Positions 40,979 to 54,480 are shown, counted from the first letter of the whole stretch. The stretch: DNA of 63,823 bases, filler included, from Octopus bimaculoides (GCF_001194135.2; 5 parts of 5 records of this genome joined end to end with filler, not necessarily neighbours in it), one strand, 5' to 3'. The notes: generated from the sequence alone by a model not told the origin. Program-made: numbers and translations.

Positions 40979-41024
40979 AACACAACGTTTCGGCTGATAT
41001 ATCCTCCAGCCTTCATCAGGTGTC
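40979..41024 (-). ncRNA. Minimal type-I hammerhead ribozyme motif, intact core
   Basis: Minus strand reads GACAC-CTGATGA-A-GGCTG-gaggatatat-CAGCC-GAAAC-GTT-GTGTT: stem I GACAC/GTGTT, stem II GGCTG/CAGCC, and a palindromic loop-less stem III (AACGTT). Confidence 0.75.
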
Positions 41025-41125
41025 TTGGGGATCTCAGGTTCNNNNNNNNNNNNNNNNNNNNNNNNNNNNNNNNNNNNNNNNNNNNNNNNNNNNNNNNNNN
41101 NNNNNNNNNNNNNNNNNNNAGCTTA

Positions 41126-41197
<72 letters not shown>

Positions 41198-41203
41198 GTA
41201 ATA

Positions 41204-41235
<32 letters not shown>

Positions 41236-41378
41236 AATCCTTTCTATTATAGGCACAAAGCCTGATATTTGTGGTGTGTGGTAGTGGTGAAAATCCATTA
41301 CATCGACTCGACTCCAGCATTTGACTGGAACGTATTTCTTCGATCCCGAAAGGATGAAAGGCAAAGTCGACCTCGGCG

Positions 41379-41434
<56 letters not shown>

Positions 41435-41657
41435 TTAATAATAATAATAATAGTGTTTTGAACTTTTGACACAAGGCCAGCGAATTAGAGGGAGTGGTTA
41501 TGCCGATTACATGAATCCCGGTTCTCAACTGGCACTTACTTTATCGACCCTGAAAAGGGAAAGTCGTTAAAAATAAGTACCAGTTGAATACTGAGGTCGA
41601 TGCAATCAACTAGTCCCCTTCCCCGAAATTGCTGGCATTGTACAAAAATTTGAAACC
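41236..41657. mobile_element. SINE family B fragments including an inverted pair
   Basis: 41236-41380 (-), (AAT)n, 41455-41560 (-), 41560-41657 (+). Confidence 0.8.
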
Positions 41658-41701
41658 ACTAACAATAATGATAATGATGATGATGATGATGATGATGAAG
41701 A

Positions 41702-41735
<34 letters not shown>

Positions 41736-43506
41736 GGTGGTGGTGATCATGATTTGCTACAGGAGCATCGAATGAGAAAGGCGTCATAAATGCAGATGGC
41801 ATATAATGTAATGGTTAACATAAAATCGGATGAGTGGGAAGTAAAAATGAATCTTATAGAATTAATAAATGCATAAACTGAAGTTAGACGAATGAGCAAT
41901 ATTTCAAATATAAATAATGTTAAAAAAAACCAGAAAGAACATGAGAGAGAGAGGGGTGCGGGCGAGAGAGAATGCAGGAAATAAAATATCGTGAAGCTAA
42001 TAGTTTAAGTCTAAATATGCACAGTCCGTTAACATATATATAGTCTCTCTTTTATACATTAAGATACTATATCACTGATTGCTTGGTTTATTTTAAATGA
42101 TGATTTGTTAAAATGTAATCTATGCGTAACTCTAGTGAATTACTTTGTAAACATTACACTACATCATATATGAATTAATATACCACGCATAAATATACAT
42201 ATTTCAACGTTTTGACATATTATTTGCAGTGTAGACGAAAGACATATTGGATTGTTTAAATGTACACAAATTAAAAGCGTTCTGCCGTGTACAGTGGAGT
42301 TAGTTTGGAGAGAAGCAGCCAAATGCAATTATACATTAAATCACACGGCATATAGATTAATGAATAACACAAAATGTCACTACCGAGAATTTAGGCTGTG
42401 TGGTTGAAAGCTTTGCTTTCAACTACAATGTTTCGGGTTCAGTTTTACTGCGTGGCACTTGGGGCGAGTGTCTTCCACTATAGTTGGTACAAACCAATGC
42501 CTTGTGAGTGAATTTGGTAGAATGACAGCCCGTCGAATATGTACATACATATATGTATGTATCTATGTATGTATGTATGTATGTATGCATTGGTGATGCA
42601 AAAGGAAAAATATGTATATTTCTATTAATATTTAACAGAAGTAACAGAGTGACTCGAGGTCTGAGAGTTACATGCGTTGGCAACTTAAGTGTCAGCGCAC
42701 GAAAATCTATGACCTTCAGTCACTCTATTAATTCGGCTAAATATAAATATAACTATATATATATATATNNNNNNNNNNNNNNNNNNNNNNNNNNNNNNNN
42801 NNNNNNNNNNNNNNNNNNNNNNNNNNNNNNNNNNNNNNNNNNNNNNNNNNNNNNNNNNNNNNNNNNNNNNNNNNNNNNNNNNNNNNNNNNNNNNNNNNNN
42901 NNNNNNNNNNNNNNNNNNNNNNNNNNNNNNNNNNNNNNNNNNNNNNNNNNNNNNNNNNNNNNNNNNNNNNNNNNNNNNNNNNNNNNNNNNNNNNNNNNNN
43001 NNNNNNNNNNNNNNNNNNNNNNNNNNNNNNNNNNNNNNNNNNNNNNNNNNNNNNNNNNNNNNNNNNNNNNNNNNNNNNNNNNNNNNNNNNNNNNNNNNNN
43101 NNNNNNNNNNNNNNNNNNNNNNNNATACATACACACAATTAGATGAACTGGGGGAGGAATAAAAGTAATAAAAGTCATGATTGTGAGTTGTTAAAGAGAT
43201 TCAAAAGCATACCGGTTTCGTAATATTACTAATAATTGCTTTGAATGCACACCGAATATTCAACGGTGTCAAGCCTACTAGTCCTTGAGCAAAATGATTA
43301 TGTGTAAGGGAGATAAGTAGTTCTGGATTTGGTGGAATTAGGGTAGATGTAGTTCTGTAGTGTGAATGGTGTATCGGATGTATGGGTGTTAGTGGTATTA
43401 AATGGAAGGTTAGTAGAGTTCTAAATTATGTTATGTGTTCATATTTAGTTGTGGAAGATATTTATTGATAAAAGTTGCCTCTTTAATGAATGAAGGGTGA
43501 GAGAAA

Positions 43507-43551
<45 letters not shown>

Positions 43552-43880
43552 TGTGTGTGTGTGTGTGTGTAAACTGAGAAGAAATTGAAATAGATAAAAC
43601 ATTTTTATTAATCCTACATTCTTTTACTTCGTAGCCCGTGCCTGGGAGTAATTGTGGCTTATATTAACGTAATAATTATCAGAAATGAAGGCCTCAAAAC
43701 AAAACCTTGATTGCAGTCTACAACTTCTTTTTCATGCATATACATTTCCTGTAATATGAAGAAAATGGGGGCGGGGATCAGAATTTGTCAAACGTAATTA
43801 AGAAACATTTGGCGTATGAACTTACTATATAGAAAACACAAGAGGATAGACGTCGATGATCTTGAATAGCATTTAACAAT

Positions 43881-44310
43881 AGGCGCAGGAGTAGCTGTGT
43901 AGTAAGAAGCTTACTTCTTAACCACATGGTTGCGGGTTCAGTTCCACTGCGTGTTACCTTGGGCAAGTGTCCTCTGCTATAGCCTCGGGACGACCAAAGC
44001 CTTGTGAGTGGATTTGGTAGACGGAAATTGAAAGAAGCCCGTCGTATATATATATACATACATGCATATATATATATATGTATATATTCATGTGTGTATC
44101 TTTGTGTCTGTGTTTGACCCCCCACCGTCACACTTGACAACCGATGTTGGTGTGTTTATGTCCCTGTAACTTAGTGCTTCGGCATAAGTGATCGATAGAA
44201 TAAGTACCAAGCTTACAAAGAATAAGTCCTGGGGTCGATTTCTACGACTAAAAGGTGGTACTCCAGCATGGCCGCAGTCAAATGACTGAATAAAAGAGTA
44301 AAAGAGTAAT
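43881..44310 (+). mobile_element. SINE family A, full length
   Basis: Complete head, internal microsatellite, body and taaaagag tail. Confidence 0.92.
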
Positions 44311-44963
44311 ACTACAACAGGATCGTCTTACAACTTCATTGCAGCTGAGGTCTTAGCGCTACAACGGAAGCGTCTATTCATAATTATTTTTAACTTAGGT
44401 ACAAGGCCAGCTTTTCTTGAATGAAGTTATTTAACCGACACCGTCGATATAATGTTTAACAGCTACATCCTTTTATTAACCCCACAAAGAGGAAAAATGA
44501 AGTCGACATGAGCAAGATTTAAACACGCAACGTAAGTCGTCGATGCAAATGCTAAAAGGCATTTTTTCTGTTTCAAATTTTGGCGTAAGACCAGCAATTT
44601 TAGGGGTAGCTCGTTACGCGATTACATCGATCTCAGTGTTCACCAGGTAATTGTTTTATCGAACCTGTACAGAGGAAAGCCAACGTCGACCACACCGAAA
44701 TTTTATTTCAGTAAGTAACGAGACGGAGGAACTGTCGTAAACGTTTTGTTCGATGATGACGCTTATTTTCAAAGTAGACACAAATCCACCAATTTTAGCG
44801 CATGTACACTAATATATCACCTATACTATTATAACCATACTTATTTTCTTGATGTCAGTAAAAACATTTGCAAACTGAACTAAGATGAGCATTTTTCAGT
44901 GGAGGAGATTAGTCAATGCTAATGGCACATGCAATTTGACAAAAACTCCCAACAGTCATTCAT

Positions 44964-45014
<51 letters not shown>

Positions 45015-45282
45015 TATCGTATGTATGTATGCATGTATGTTCATATGTATGTATATAAATTTATATGTATACGTAGGTATGTATATATATATATATATAN
45101 NNNNNNNNNNNNNNNNNNNNNNNNNNNNNNNNNNNNNNNNNNNTTAATTAATTAANNNNNNNNNNNNNNNNNNNNNNNNNNNNNNNNNNNNNNNNNNNNT
45201 TCCTTCCCCCTCCCAAAAAGAAAAGCTCTACATTGTATTTGTCCCATCTTCGTTGAGCCCTGTGTGGCTAATAAAAGAAATG

Positions 45283-45318
<36 letters not shown>

Positions 45319-48300
45319 ATCTCTCTCTCTCTCTCTCTCTATCCATCTCTCTCTCTATCCATCTCTCTCTCTATCTCTCTATCTATCTCTATCTACACAC
45401 ATACATATATCTTCATAGTCGTTATCTTCACGATCATGATAATGGTCATCGTCATCGTCATCGTCTTTGCCGTTTTCGTCATCACCATTGTCGTTATCAC
45501 TGACGCCCTTCTCCTCTTCCACACCATCGTTATCATTTTTCAAATAACTACAGCTTGCAATCATCCATGACCGCAGTATTCGGTCAATACTTTTTATGTG
45601 GCATTATTCCATCATTATGTTTGTGAAATTTAATTATCTGGTGGTGGTGCTGATGGTGGTGGTGTGGAATCACTAGTCTTCAAGGATAATGTGGGCTCTG
45701 TTTTCTCTCCATTCCTTCATTCGCCTTTACTGCTCCAGTAGTTCCAAGAGAATGTCATTCGAGCTTCTCAATGGTAGTTTCTTGCTGAAAGAAATCTCTA
45801 TGATACCTGTATCAGCCGTTAAAGAGTAACTCCAACCACGTGACTGAATTAATATTTTAACGACCTCAGAAGGAACGAATCAAAAGCATACCTGACATCG
45901 CCGGAATTTGAACTCAGGACGCAATATAGTGGAAAATAGACGCCGCAGGTATTACTGTTGGACGCGGCATCGAACAAAAATTATACAAATAAATTATTTT
46001 TCTTAGAATTCTGGATGAGATGATTCGTAAATGAAAAATATCTTTGCGTTGCAATAATTTTTGTTTTGTTTTGTTGTTTTAAAAGAATTCATTAAGACAT
46101 TGTCTAGATTATACGTGTCTTTTAAAAAAAATGTAATTTAGCTTTCTGACATTTTTATCATTAATGTCATGGGTTATTTAAAGTAACCTTTTCCTTTTCT
46201 GCAACGCGAACCCTACTGCATTAATGCATGAATTAATTTCCTTGTTTATAAAAGAATATGTTTACGAATATGCCTTCTCGCTACTGAAATATATGACATT
46301 TGCTGTAGAAATGTTTCCATAAAAATAGAATATAAATACCAAAATTTTTTCAGTTGCCATTTTACATTACATACGTGACACTGATTAATTTTTGCTTTAT
46401 TACGTGCATTGTCTTCATCGCCTTTCTTCTATTTTTCCCCAAATTTGACATTTATTTTCTATAACCATTCTTTTCTTTCGATATTAGTTTTATTTCAAAT
46501 TCCCAGGAGTGCTACAAACAATTTCAAATTCGGAAATGAGAAATTTAAGTAATATATTTCAGGAATTCAAACAGAGGAAGTTGAAGACGAAAGACAAAAC
46601 TTTCACGTCGACTTGAAGCTCGAAAGAGAATTCAATACGGTTATGTCGATGTTTTCGTCAAATTTTTATCATAGATGAAGTTATAAATATTTCAATTTAG
46701 TCGAGGGTTATTGTTCCTCTAAAGGGATTTATTTGCATCAGGAACCTCGAATAGGTTCCTTTGTCTCTCGTGCACCTCTTGAAGGGACTCGATTATTCTT
46801 GTAATATTTACTGTCATTCTACAACGAATATTTCAACAGGAGAAACATCACGGACCAAAAGCGAGTAATTTTGTCAGGGAACACTTCACCGTTGTTATCT
46901 TTGTCTATTCTTCTACATTTGCGCTTTGGAATTTGTGTGAAACACTGTTGTTTGTCGTTGCTACCTACTTAATCCTCTCCAATCAATTTCTGCTGAAAAG
47001 ACTCCTCTGATCACTTGATCACACACTTCGCCCTGCTTGAGGTGAATTCATCCACGTTGCAGTCGCATCAGGGTTACTCCTGAGATGGCGTAACTGCGAG
47101 ACGGACATATATATATAAATAAGTAGACGTAAGATCTTGAATCGACAGCTTGTCGTTGCATCGATGGTTTCGCGAACTGGTCGACGATTTCCGCGTTGGA
47201 TGTCTGCGATTGTTAATCCTTGTTGGCTTCTTTTTATGATGCTGTCAGTTCGTTGGTATCAACCCGTTCCACTCATCTTAGATGAACTCATATAAATATA
47301 ATGTTTTTAACATTTTCTATATTACTTCAATCGAGAGCTGTTTCAGACTACACTGTTACATAGAAACAATTCATTTATAAATCTCTCAGAGAGATTTATG
47401 CAGTAGCAGCACGATAAAGCGATAGTATGTTGTAAACTTAATGGGACTGTCACATTATACAATAGCAGCACTTTATCGGGCTGCTACTGTATAAATCTCT
47501 CTGAGAGATTTAGAAATATATTATTTCTATTTTCAAAAATCTGTGAATGTATTTCACTTGAAATATATGTTTACAAAGGCAGACAGGCATCGACAGCTAG
47601 CAAGCCATGCTACACCAGACTGATGATGAGCAATGACTCTGAAACTAGTCTCTGGATGCTGGCTTTGCTAGGTGGAGGTGCTTGTCTCCCCTTTAAAAAC
47701 ATAAGGACACAGGAAATGTGTCAAGTCCAACAGGAAACGGTGTTTCCTAGGGCTAAATAACAGTAGCATTCTTCCCTTTCATGTCACATTAAGTTGACAA
47801 CATACTACCACTTTACATTGTTACATTCTTGCAATACATCTTTTTGGTTCAGGCGAAAATCTCTGCTTTCATTCTGACGAACAGTATAAAAGAAATCTTT
47901 GAGTACAATTAATAAACAATGAATAAACTTTATTTCTAGAAACTCAACACTGATAAATTCAACGTCCAAGATTTCAGTAAGAAATGAGAGTTAGTAATAA
48001 ATGAAATCTAAGGTATCGATACAAGAATTCAATGATTAGGTTGTTATCTATAAAGTACTCCTACTTAGAATCATAAAATAACATCGAAATACATTAAATA
48101 TATATTATAGCTAACGAGTGTGCCTCGTGTGTGCGTCACGAAGTCTCCAGCATATCAAGCAACAGAAAAAAAATTGAATAAAAATGAAAAACTACCAAAA
48201 AAAAACAAGTAAATAAAAAAGAAATAAAGCTGCTCCAAACATTATCTCAATTATTTTCCTCTCATTAATGAAAGTTAAATAACATAATCGATGCAAGGAA

Positions 48301-48436
48301 GAAATGAATCCTTCTACGTTTATATGTATACGTTTCTGTGCGAGTGTATGTACACAGACACCCTTACATATATATCTATACTTACAAACACACATATATA
48401 TCTATATTCGTATACATACATACATACATACATATA

Positions 48437-48479
<43 letters not shown>

Positions 48480-50179
48480 GTACTTAAGAAAATCACGATT
48501 GATTGCAATGAGACTCAGGCACACATACTTAGAACACGCGTATTATATATGTGTATGTATGTAGTGTTCATAGTTTCGTGTATGTATATTCGTGTAGTGC
48601 CTTTGTGTATCGTTATGAATAGACTGAAGCAATCAGCCAGGGGTCACTTGCAGTCAATTTACTATGCATATATTACCAGCCACACTGAATTATTTCCGTG
48701 GTAAGTACCATTAACTTTCTTAGATTAAAATTTGTTTTTCCTTTTACTTATTAATGAGAAAATAAAGCAACATGACAAATAACAATGCATGCATTCACTT
48801 TATATGAAAACAAATATTTTTCCCCAATTAATTAAGTAATGACTAAGAATAAACATTATTCTTCTCTAATTACAATTGTCATTGATGATTATATTTAATT
48901 ATTTACGTTAGACACTCGAAAAAAATCACAATTGAATCTAATGAGTATTGTATAAAGCATTATTGTGTTTCATTACAAATGGAAATTCACTTCCAGGCAG
49001 TGATTGTAAAACAAGAACAATGGTAGGTGTTTTCTTGGCTGAATATAAAAGACAGTAGGGCGAATATATTTTTCTTTGTCAAAGGCTCGGGGGTAGAGTG
49101 TATAGGAACTAGATGAAAGAAGGAAATGAAAAGGGACCGCAAAATTTCTTCTTATTTTACTAAGAATTCCTTCTGATCAGGAACAAGAGCCTCAATTTTG
49201 GTTCTGCTTTTTCTACCCCGGAGGATTAAAAGGTACAATTGACTTCAATGAGATTTAGCTCAGAACACCAGAACCTAAATAGCTGGAACAAATAACGCAA
49301 GGCATTTCGTCGACGCTCTGAATATTTTGGTAGCTCACCGCAGTTCACTGTTTCTAATTTAGGCACAACGCCAGCAATTTTGAAGCGAATTGTAAGTCAC
49401 TAGCATCACTCCTTCTATTAGAATCTTACTTGATTTTATCGACATTCAGTTTCATGAATGTTATTGTTTACTTCGGTGGGATTTGAACTTAGAGACAAAA
49501 GAAACTATGAAATCTACCACAAGGTAATTCGTCTGATACTTTAAAGAGTCTGGCAACTTAGGTCCCTGTCTACATTCAGAAATTTTAAATAATCATTCCT
49601 AACATTAGAACAAGGACTCTATACACACATTTCGGAAGAAGGAATCGATACCAATATATGACAAGTATTCCATTTTCTAAAACTTGAAATGAAGAAGGAC
49701 AAAGTTAACCAAGATGAAATGTGTATTTAGAACGTAAACCGCCATACCTAAACACCTTATTGCGCATGCCTGATATCCTGAAAGTTATGTTAATTCATCG
49801 CCCTCAAAATATTAAACTATAGTAACTTCTTGCTGATAAATAGTTGCGCTAAGCGTGGCATTGAGGTTCCGAGATCCGGAAACACAAATTGGTTTTAATT
49901 CCTTGTGATTTCTTGTCACCATTATACGAAGTCTTGCTAATGTTCACATTTACTATAGCCAAAGGAAGCAGTTTTGAAGAATAAGAACAAATTGTCTTAG
50001 CACAGAAAAACGAACCATTTGGGTAAATTGGATCAAGAAGACTTCTGACCATAGTGTGGAATGAATCAGACGAGATTGCTTTCAGATGTTTACGCTTAAC
50101 TCAGTCGGAATAAAACTGCTGCAAATGTTAACTAGAATTTGGTTTTGCGTGCACAGAAACTGTTAAGTAATGACCGACA

Positions 50180-50480
50180 AAAGTACGTTCAGGAGTACAA
50201 GGGACACAAATGGGGTTTCTTCAAATGGTCTTTGGAGTAACGTTTGCTTGGCGTGTAGCTCGGATTTTAGAGTCGCTCAAAATCGAGCCACCACTTCTGC
50301 GAATTAAGAGGACATAGCTCCGGTACTACAGATATGTAATTAGAATATAGAGGGAAAGAATCAAAAGAGAAATTCTTCAAGCCGAGCCAACTGGCAGGAG
50401 ACCTACTGGCGGACCGAAATCGAAATAGTTGGACAACATCCATTGTTTCTGTTGGTCACGCTTAGGTAGTCAGCCGTAAA
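50180..50480 (+). mobile_element. RTE-type LINE 3' ORF fragment
   Basis: EPPLLRIKRT*LRYYRYVIRI*RERIKREILQAEPTGRRPTGGPKSK*LDNI matches the RTE C-terminal LRW.GHV.RM...G.RP.GRP..W.D pattern in decayed form. Confidence 0.6.
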
Positions 50481-50669
50481 GTGTAATGACGGCTTCTTCT
50501 AATAAGACTCTATGAAAGAACCAACTGAGGACTCTACCACCACGAAGCTCGCCGGGATAGTGGACACAGAAGATAGACGGATGGTTGCACAGAAAAATGC
50601 TTTGACCATTTTGTAGGAATAGCCATGCAGCCCATTGAAATCATGGTGTTTTATACTCAAACCGGAAAA

Positions 50670-50930
50670 AAAAAAGCTAACAGACGACAGGTCCTTGAGA
50701 AGGAGAAACGACTATGAATTATAATGGAAGTGACATGTGTTTCTGATATCAAATTCATAAGACAGAAAGAAGAGTAGAGTATTTACCGACTTGAAGTATG
50801 AAATCCTCAAGTGCTGAAACAGTAAATTACAAATTTATAAACTGCAGATTGTTATTGAGCTCTTCAGAACTGTGACAGAGGATTTGAGAACAAACCTTGA
50901 ATAACTTGATATGAAACTAGGACTAAACGT
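50670..50930 (+). mobile_element. Older R4/Dong-like RLE endonuclease fragment
   Basis: VLEKEKRL*IIMEVTCVSD..KEE..DLKYEILKC..QIVIELFRTVTEDLRTNLE resembles the PD..D/KY.DL..EI/PIVIGALG region; heavily decayed. Confidence 0.5.
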
Positions 50931-51925
50931 AATGTAGAAATATGTTTAGAAGGTTAAGGAAAAAAGATCTGATAAGCCTTCAATATAAAGTCGAAAACGA
51001 AATAAGGACTAATATATATNNNNNNNNNNNNNNNNNNNNNNNNNNNNNNNNNNNNNNNNNNNNNNNNNNNNNNNNNNNNNNNNNNNNNNNNNNNNNNNNN
51101 NNNNNNNNNNNNNNNNNNNNNNNNNNNNNNNNNNNNNNNNNNNNNNNNNNNNNNNNNNNNNNNNNNNNNNNNNNNNNNNNNNNNNNNNNNNNNNNNNNNN
51201 NNNNNNNNNNNNNNNNNNNNNNNNNNNNNNNNNNNNNNNNNNNNNNNNNNNNNNNNNNNNNNNNNNNNNNNNNNNNNNNNNNNNNNNNNNNNNNNNNNNN
51301 NNNNNNNNNNNNNNNNNNNNNNNNNNNNNNNNNNNNNNNNNNNNNNNNNNNNNNNNNNNNNNNNNNNNNNNNNNNNNNNNNNNNNNNNNNNNNNNNNNNN
51401 NNNNNNNNNNNNNNNNNNNNNNNNNNNNNNNNNNNNNNNNNNNNNNNNNNNNNNNNNNNNNNNNNNNNNNNNNNNNNNNNNNNNNNNNNNNNNNNNNTAT
51501 ATATATACGTATACACATACATAGACACACAAATACACACACGCTTGCACACACACATATGTATATGGGTATGTATTACCACACAAGGAAAAAAGAAATA
51601 TTTTTATATATTTCTCAATGTGTGTGTCAATATAAATACAGACGTACACGCATGTACATATAGTTTATGTTTGTATGATCCTAAATATGACTGGAATCGT
51701 CTCTATGTATCTATGCATGCATGCATGAATGCATGTATGTATATACACATGTATGTGTATATATATGTGCGTGTGTGTGCGTGTATATCTATCTATATGT
51801 GTGTTTATATATATATGTACACACACGCAGATAAATACATACATACATATATATCTACATCTACACACGGACATTCATACGTTCAAACACAGACACACAG
51901 GTATATACATGCACATATATATACA

Positions 51926-51969
<44 letters not shown>

Positions 51970-52653
51970 NNNNNNNNNNNNNNNNNNNNNNNNNNNNNNN
52001 NNNNNNNNNNNNNNNNNNNNNNNNNNNNNNNNNNNNNNNNNNNNNNNNNNNNNNNNNNNNNNNNNNNNNNNNNNNNNNNNNNNNNNNNNNNNNNNNNNNN
52101 NNNNNNNNNNNNNNNNNNNNNNNNNNNNNNNNNNNNNNNNNNNNNNNNNNNNNNNNNNNNNNNNNNNNNNNNNNNNNNNNNNNNNNNNNNNNNNNNNNNN
52201 NNNNNNNNNNNNNNNNNNNNNNNNNNNNNNNNNNNNNNNNNNNNNNNNNNNNNNNNNNNNNNNNNNNNNNNNNNNNNNNNNNNNNNNNNNNNNNNNNNNN
52301 NNNNNNNNNNNNNNNNNNNNNNNNNNNNNNNNNNNNNNNNNNNNNNNNNNNNNNNNNNNNNNNNNNNNNNNNNNNNNNNNNNNNNNNNNNNNNNNNNNNN
52401 NNNNNNNNNNNNNNNNNNNNNNNNNNNNNNNNNNNNNNNNNNNNNNNNNNNNNNNNNNNNNNNNNNNNNNNNNNNNNNNNNNNNNNNNNNNNNNNNNNNN
52501 NNNNNNNNNNNNNNNNNNNNNNNNNNNNNNNNNNNNNNNNNNNNNNNNNNNNNNNNNNNNNNNNNNNNNNNNNNNNNNNNNNNNNNNNNNNNNNNNNNNN
52601 NNNNNNNNNNNNNNNNNNNNNNNNNNNNNNNNNNNNNNNNNNNNNNNNNNNNN

Positions 52654-53062
52654 GTGTATAAGAGAATTTGACATCGCTGCCTTAAACTGCGTCTCATTAC
52701 GAGCCATTGGTTCGTCTGGTACCGTGGAGAGGAAAGTGTCAAGTTTTGTCCTGAAGACCTCCGTATCCATGTCTTGCATGTCTCTCAAATGTTTTGGCAG
52801 GGCATTGAAGAGCTGAGGTCCTCTGAAACCGAGGCTGCTGCAGTATCTCGTTCTTATGAGAGATGCAGTGGACGGTACCTTTGGCACCATGCAGTGGCGA
52901 CCTGTGCGGGCATTCCTGTAGTACTTGATGCCAAAGTTTGGCACCAGTCCTTCCAGTATTTTCCATATGTATATTATTACATATCTCTCCCGCCTGCGCT
53001 CCAGGGAGTAGAGACCTAGTGCCTTCAGTCGCTCCCTGTAGTTCATCTGTTGGACTGTGGCG
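52654..53062 (-). mobile_element. CR1/L2-group LINE, 3' end of ORF2
   Basis: NYRERLKALGLYSLERRRERYVIIYIWKIL..RGPQLFNALPKHLR..FRTKLDTFLSTVPDEP is the canonical C-terminus of CR1-group ORF2. Confidence 0.9.
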
Positions 53063-53125
53063 ATCTTTATACACATATATATATACACTTGTCTTCGTCT
53101 TTTGTTTTTCTGTAAATTTCAGCTG

Positions 53126-53178
<53 letters not shown>

Positions 53179-53619
53179 GCACACATACATACATACAAAA
53201 ACATATATATCTATATATATACATATACGTACACACACACACGCGCGCACACACTAAAACACCCACACATCCACACACACACACATATTATTGAAGATGC
53301 ATGGTATGATATATTTGCCGAAGAATGTCGATTTAATTAAAGTGCACTCAGATGATTTCTATTCGACAGAAGTAGCGAATGCTATTAAGGCAGATGTACA
53401 CGTTCTATATTTCACATGTATCTCGACAGAAATCGGCAATAACGTGTGTTTAATTGCATTACGGATACATATTATCTCAATCTGTTCAGTGTTTCTGTGA
53501 AGATCATATCGATATGTGTTAGTTCTTCATAATAGTTGATTGGTTTCCAGTATTTCTGTATTTCATTAATGCTTTTGAATCTTCTTAAATATTTACTTTT
53601 GCGCCGCCAATCAATGTTG

Positions 53620-53677
<58 letters not shown>

Positions 53678-54129
53678 NNNNNNNNNNNNNNNNNNNNNNN
53701 NNNNNNNNNNNNNNNNNNNNNTTAATTAATTAANNNNNNNNNNNNNNNNNNNNNNNNNNNNNNNNNNNNNNNNNNNNATATATATATATATATATATACA
53801 GAATACGGGACTTTAGTTCACAAGTGATATAAACGACTAGGTACGCTAAGAGCTGTAACGGATCACTAGGACTCCAAGGTTATAGCCAACACGGTGGTTA
53901 TGGAGGGAGCCATTGCAGATTTACGATAGAGCAGATATATAATTGTTAAAGAAGACAACAAACGTTAAGGCAAAGCAATCATCTCAAGTTATATACATTA
54001 TTATTATTGGAAAAAAATTTTAAGTCTTACAGCTGCTTCTGGGATATCCCAGAGTATGGGATATTCCGTCATCGGAAACAAATAGGGAAAATGAGAATGT
54101 TATAGATTAATGAAATGACGATGTAGAAC

Positions 54130-54480
54130 TCGGGAGTAAAGAAATAAGGAGATGACGAAAGAGAAGAAAAAGGAAGCATAAAAGTTCTCTTTCTTCTTTA
54201 CACATAACTTTCTGTCATTTCTACTGTTAACGTTTTGATCTTGGTCGAAGTAATTCTCGTTTGAGAAAAGCCAAATCATGTCCTCTGCTGGATTTTCCAG
54301 CTTGCTTAAGAGCCTTTTATATCTGATGTAGTGATTTCCTTTTGCTTTTTCTGACAAATTGACCTTTCCTTATCATATAAAAGTTATATCGGATGTCATT
54401 GTGGACAACATTTCTGATTGTTCTTTCTGACACATGGAGATCTTTGCAATTGACCTCATGGACTTTCTGGGATTGTAATA
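54130..54480 (-). mobile_element. Tc1/mariner superfamily (maT-like) transposase fragment
   Basis: KDLHVSERTIRNVVHNDIRY followed by KRLLSKLENPAEDMIWLFSNENYFDQDQNVNSRNDR (degenerate FSDEK..N..NDR motif). Confidence 0.7.
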
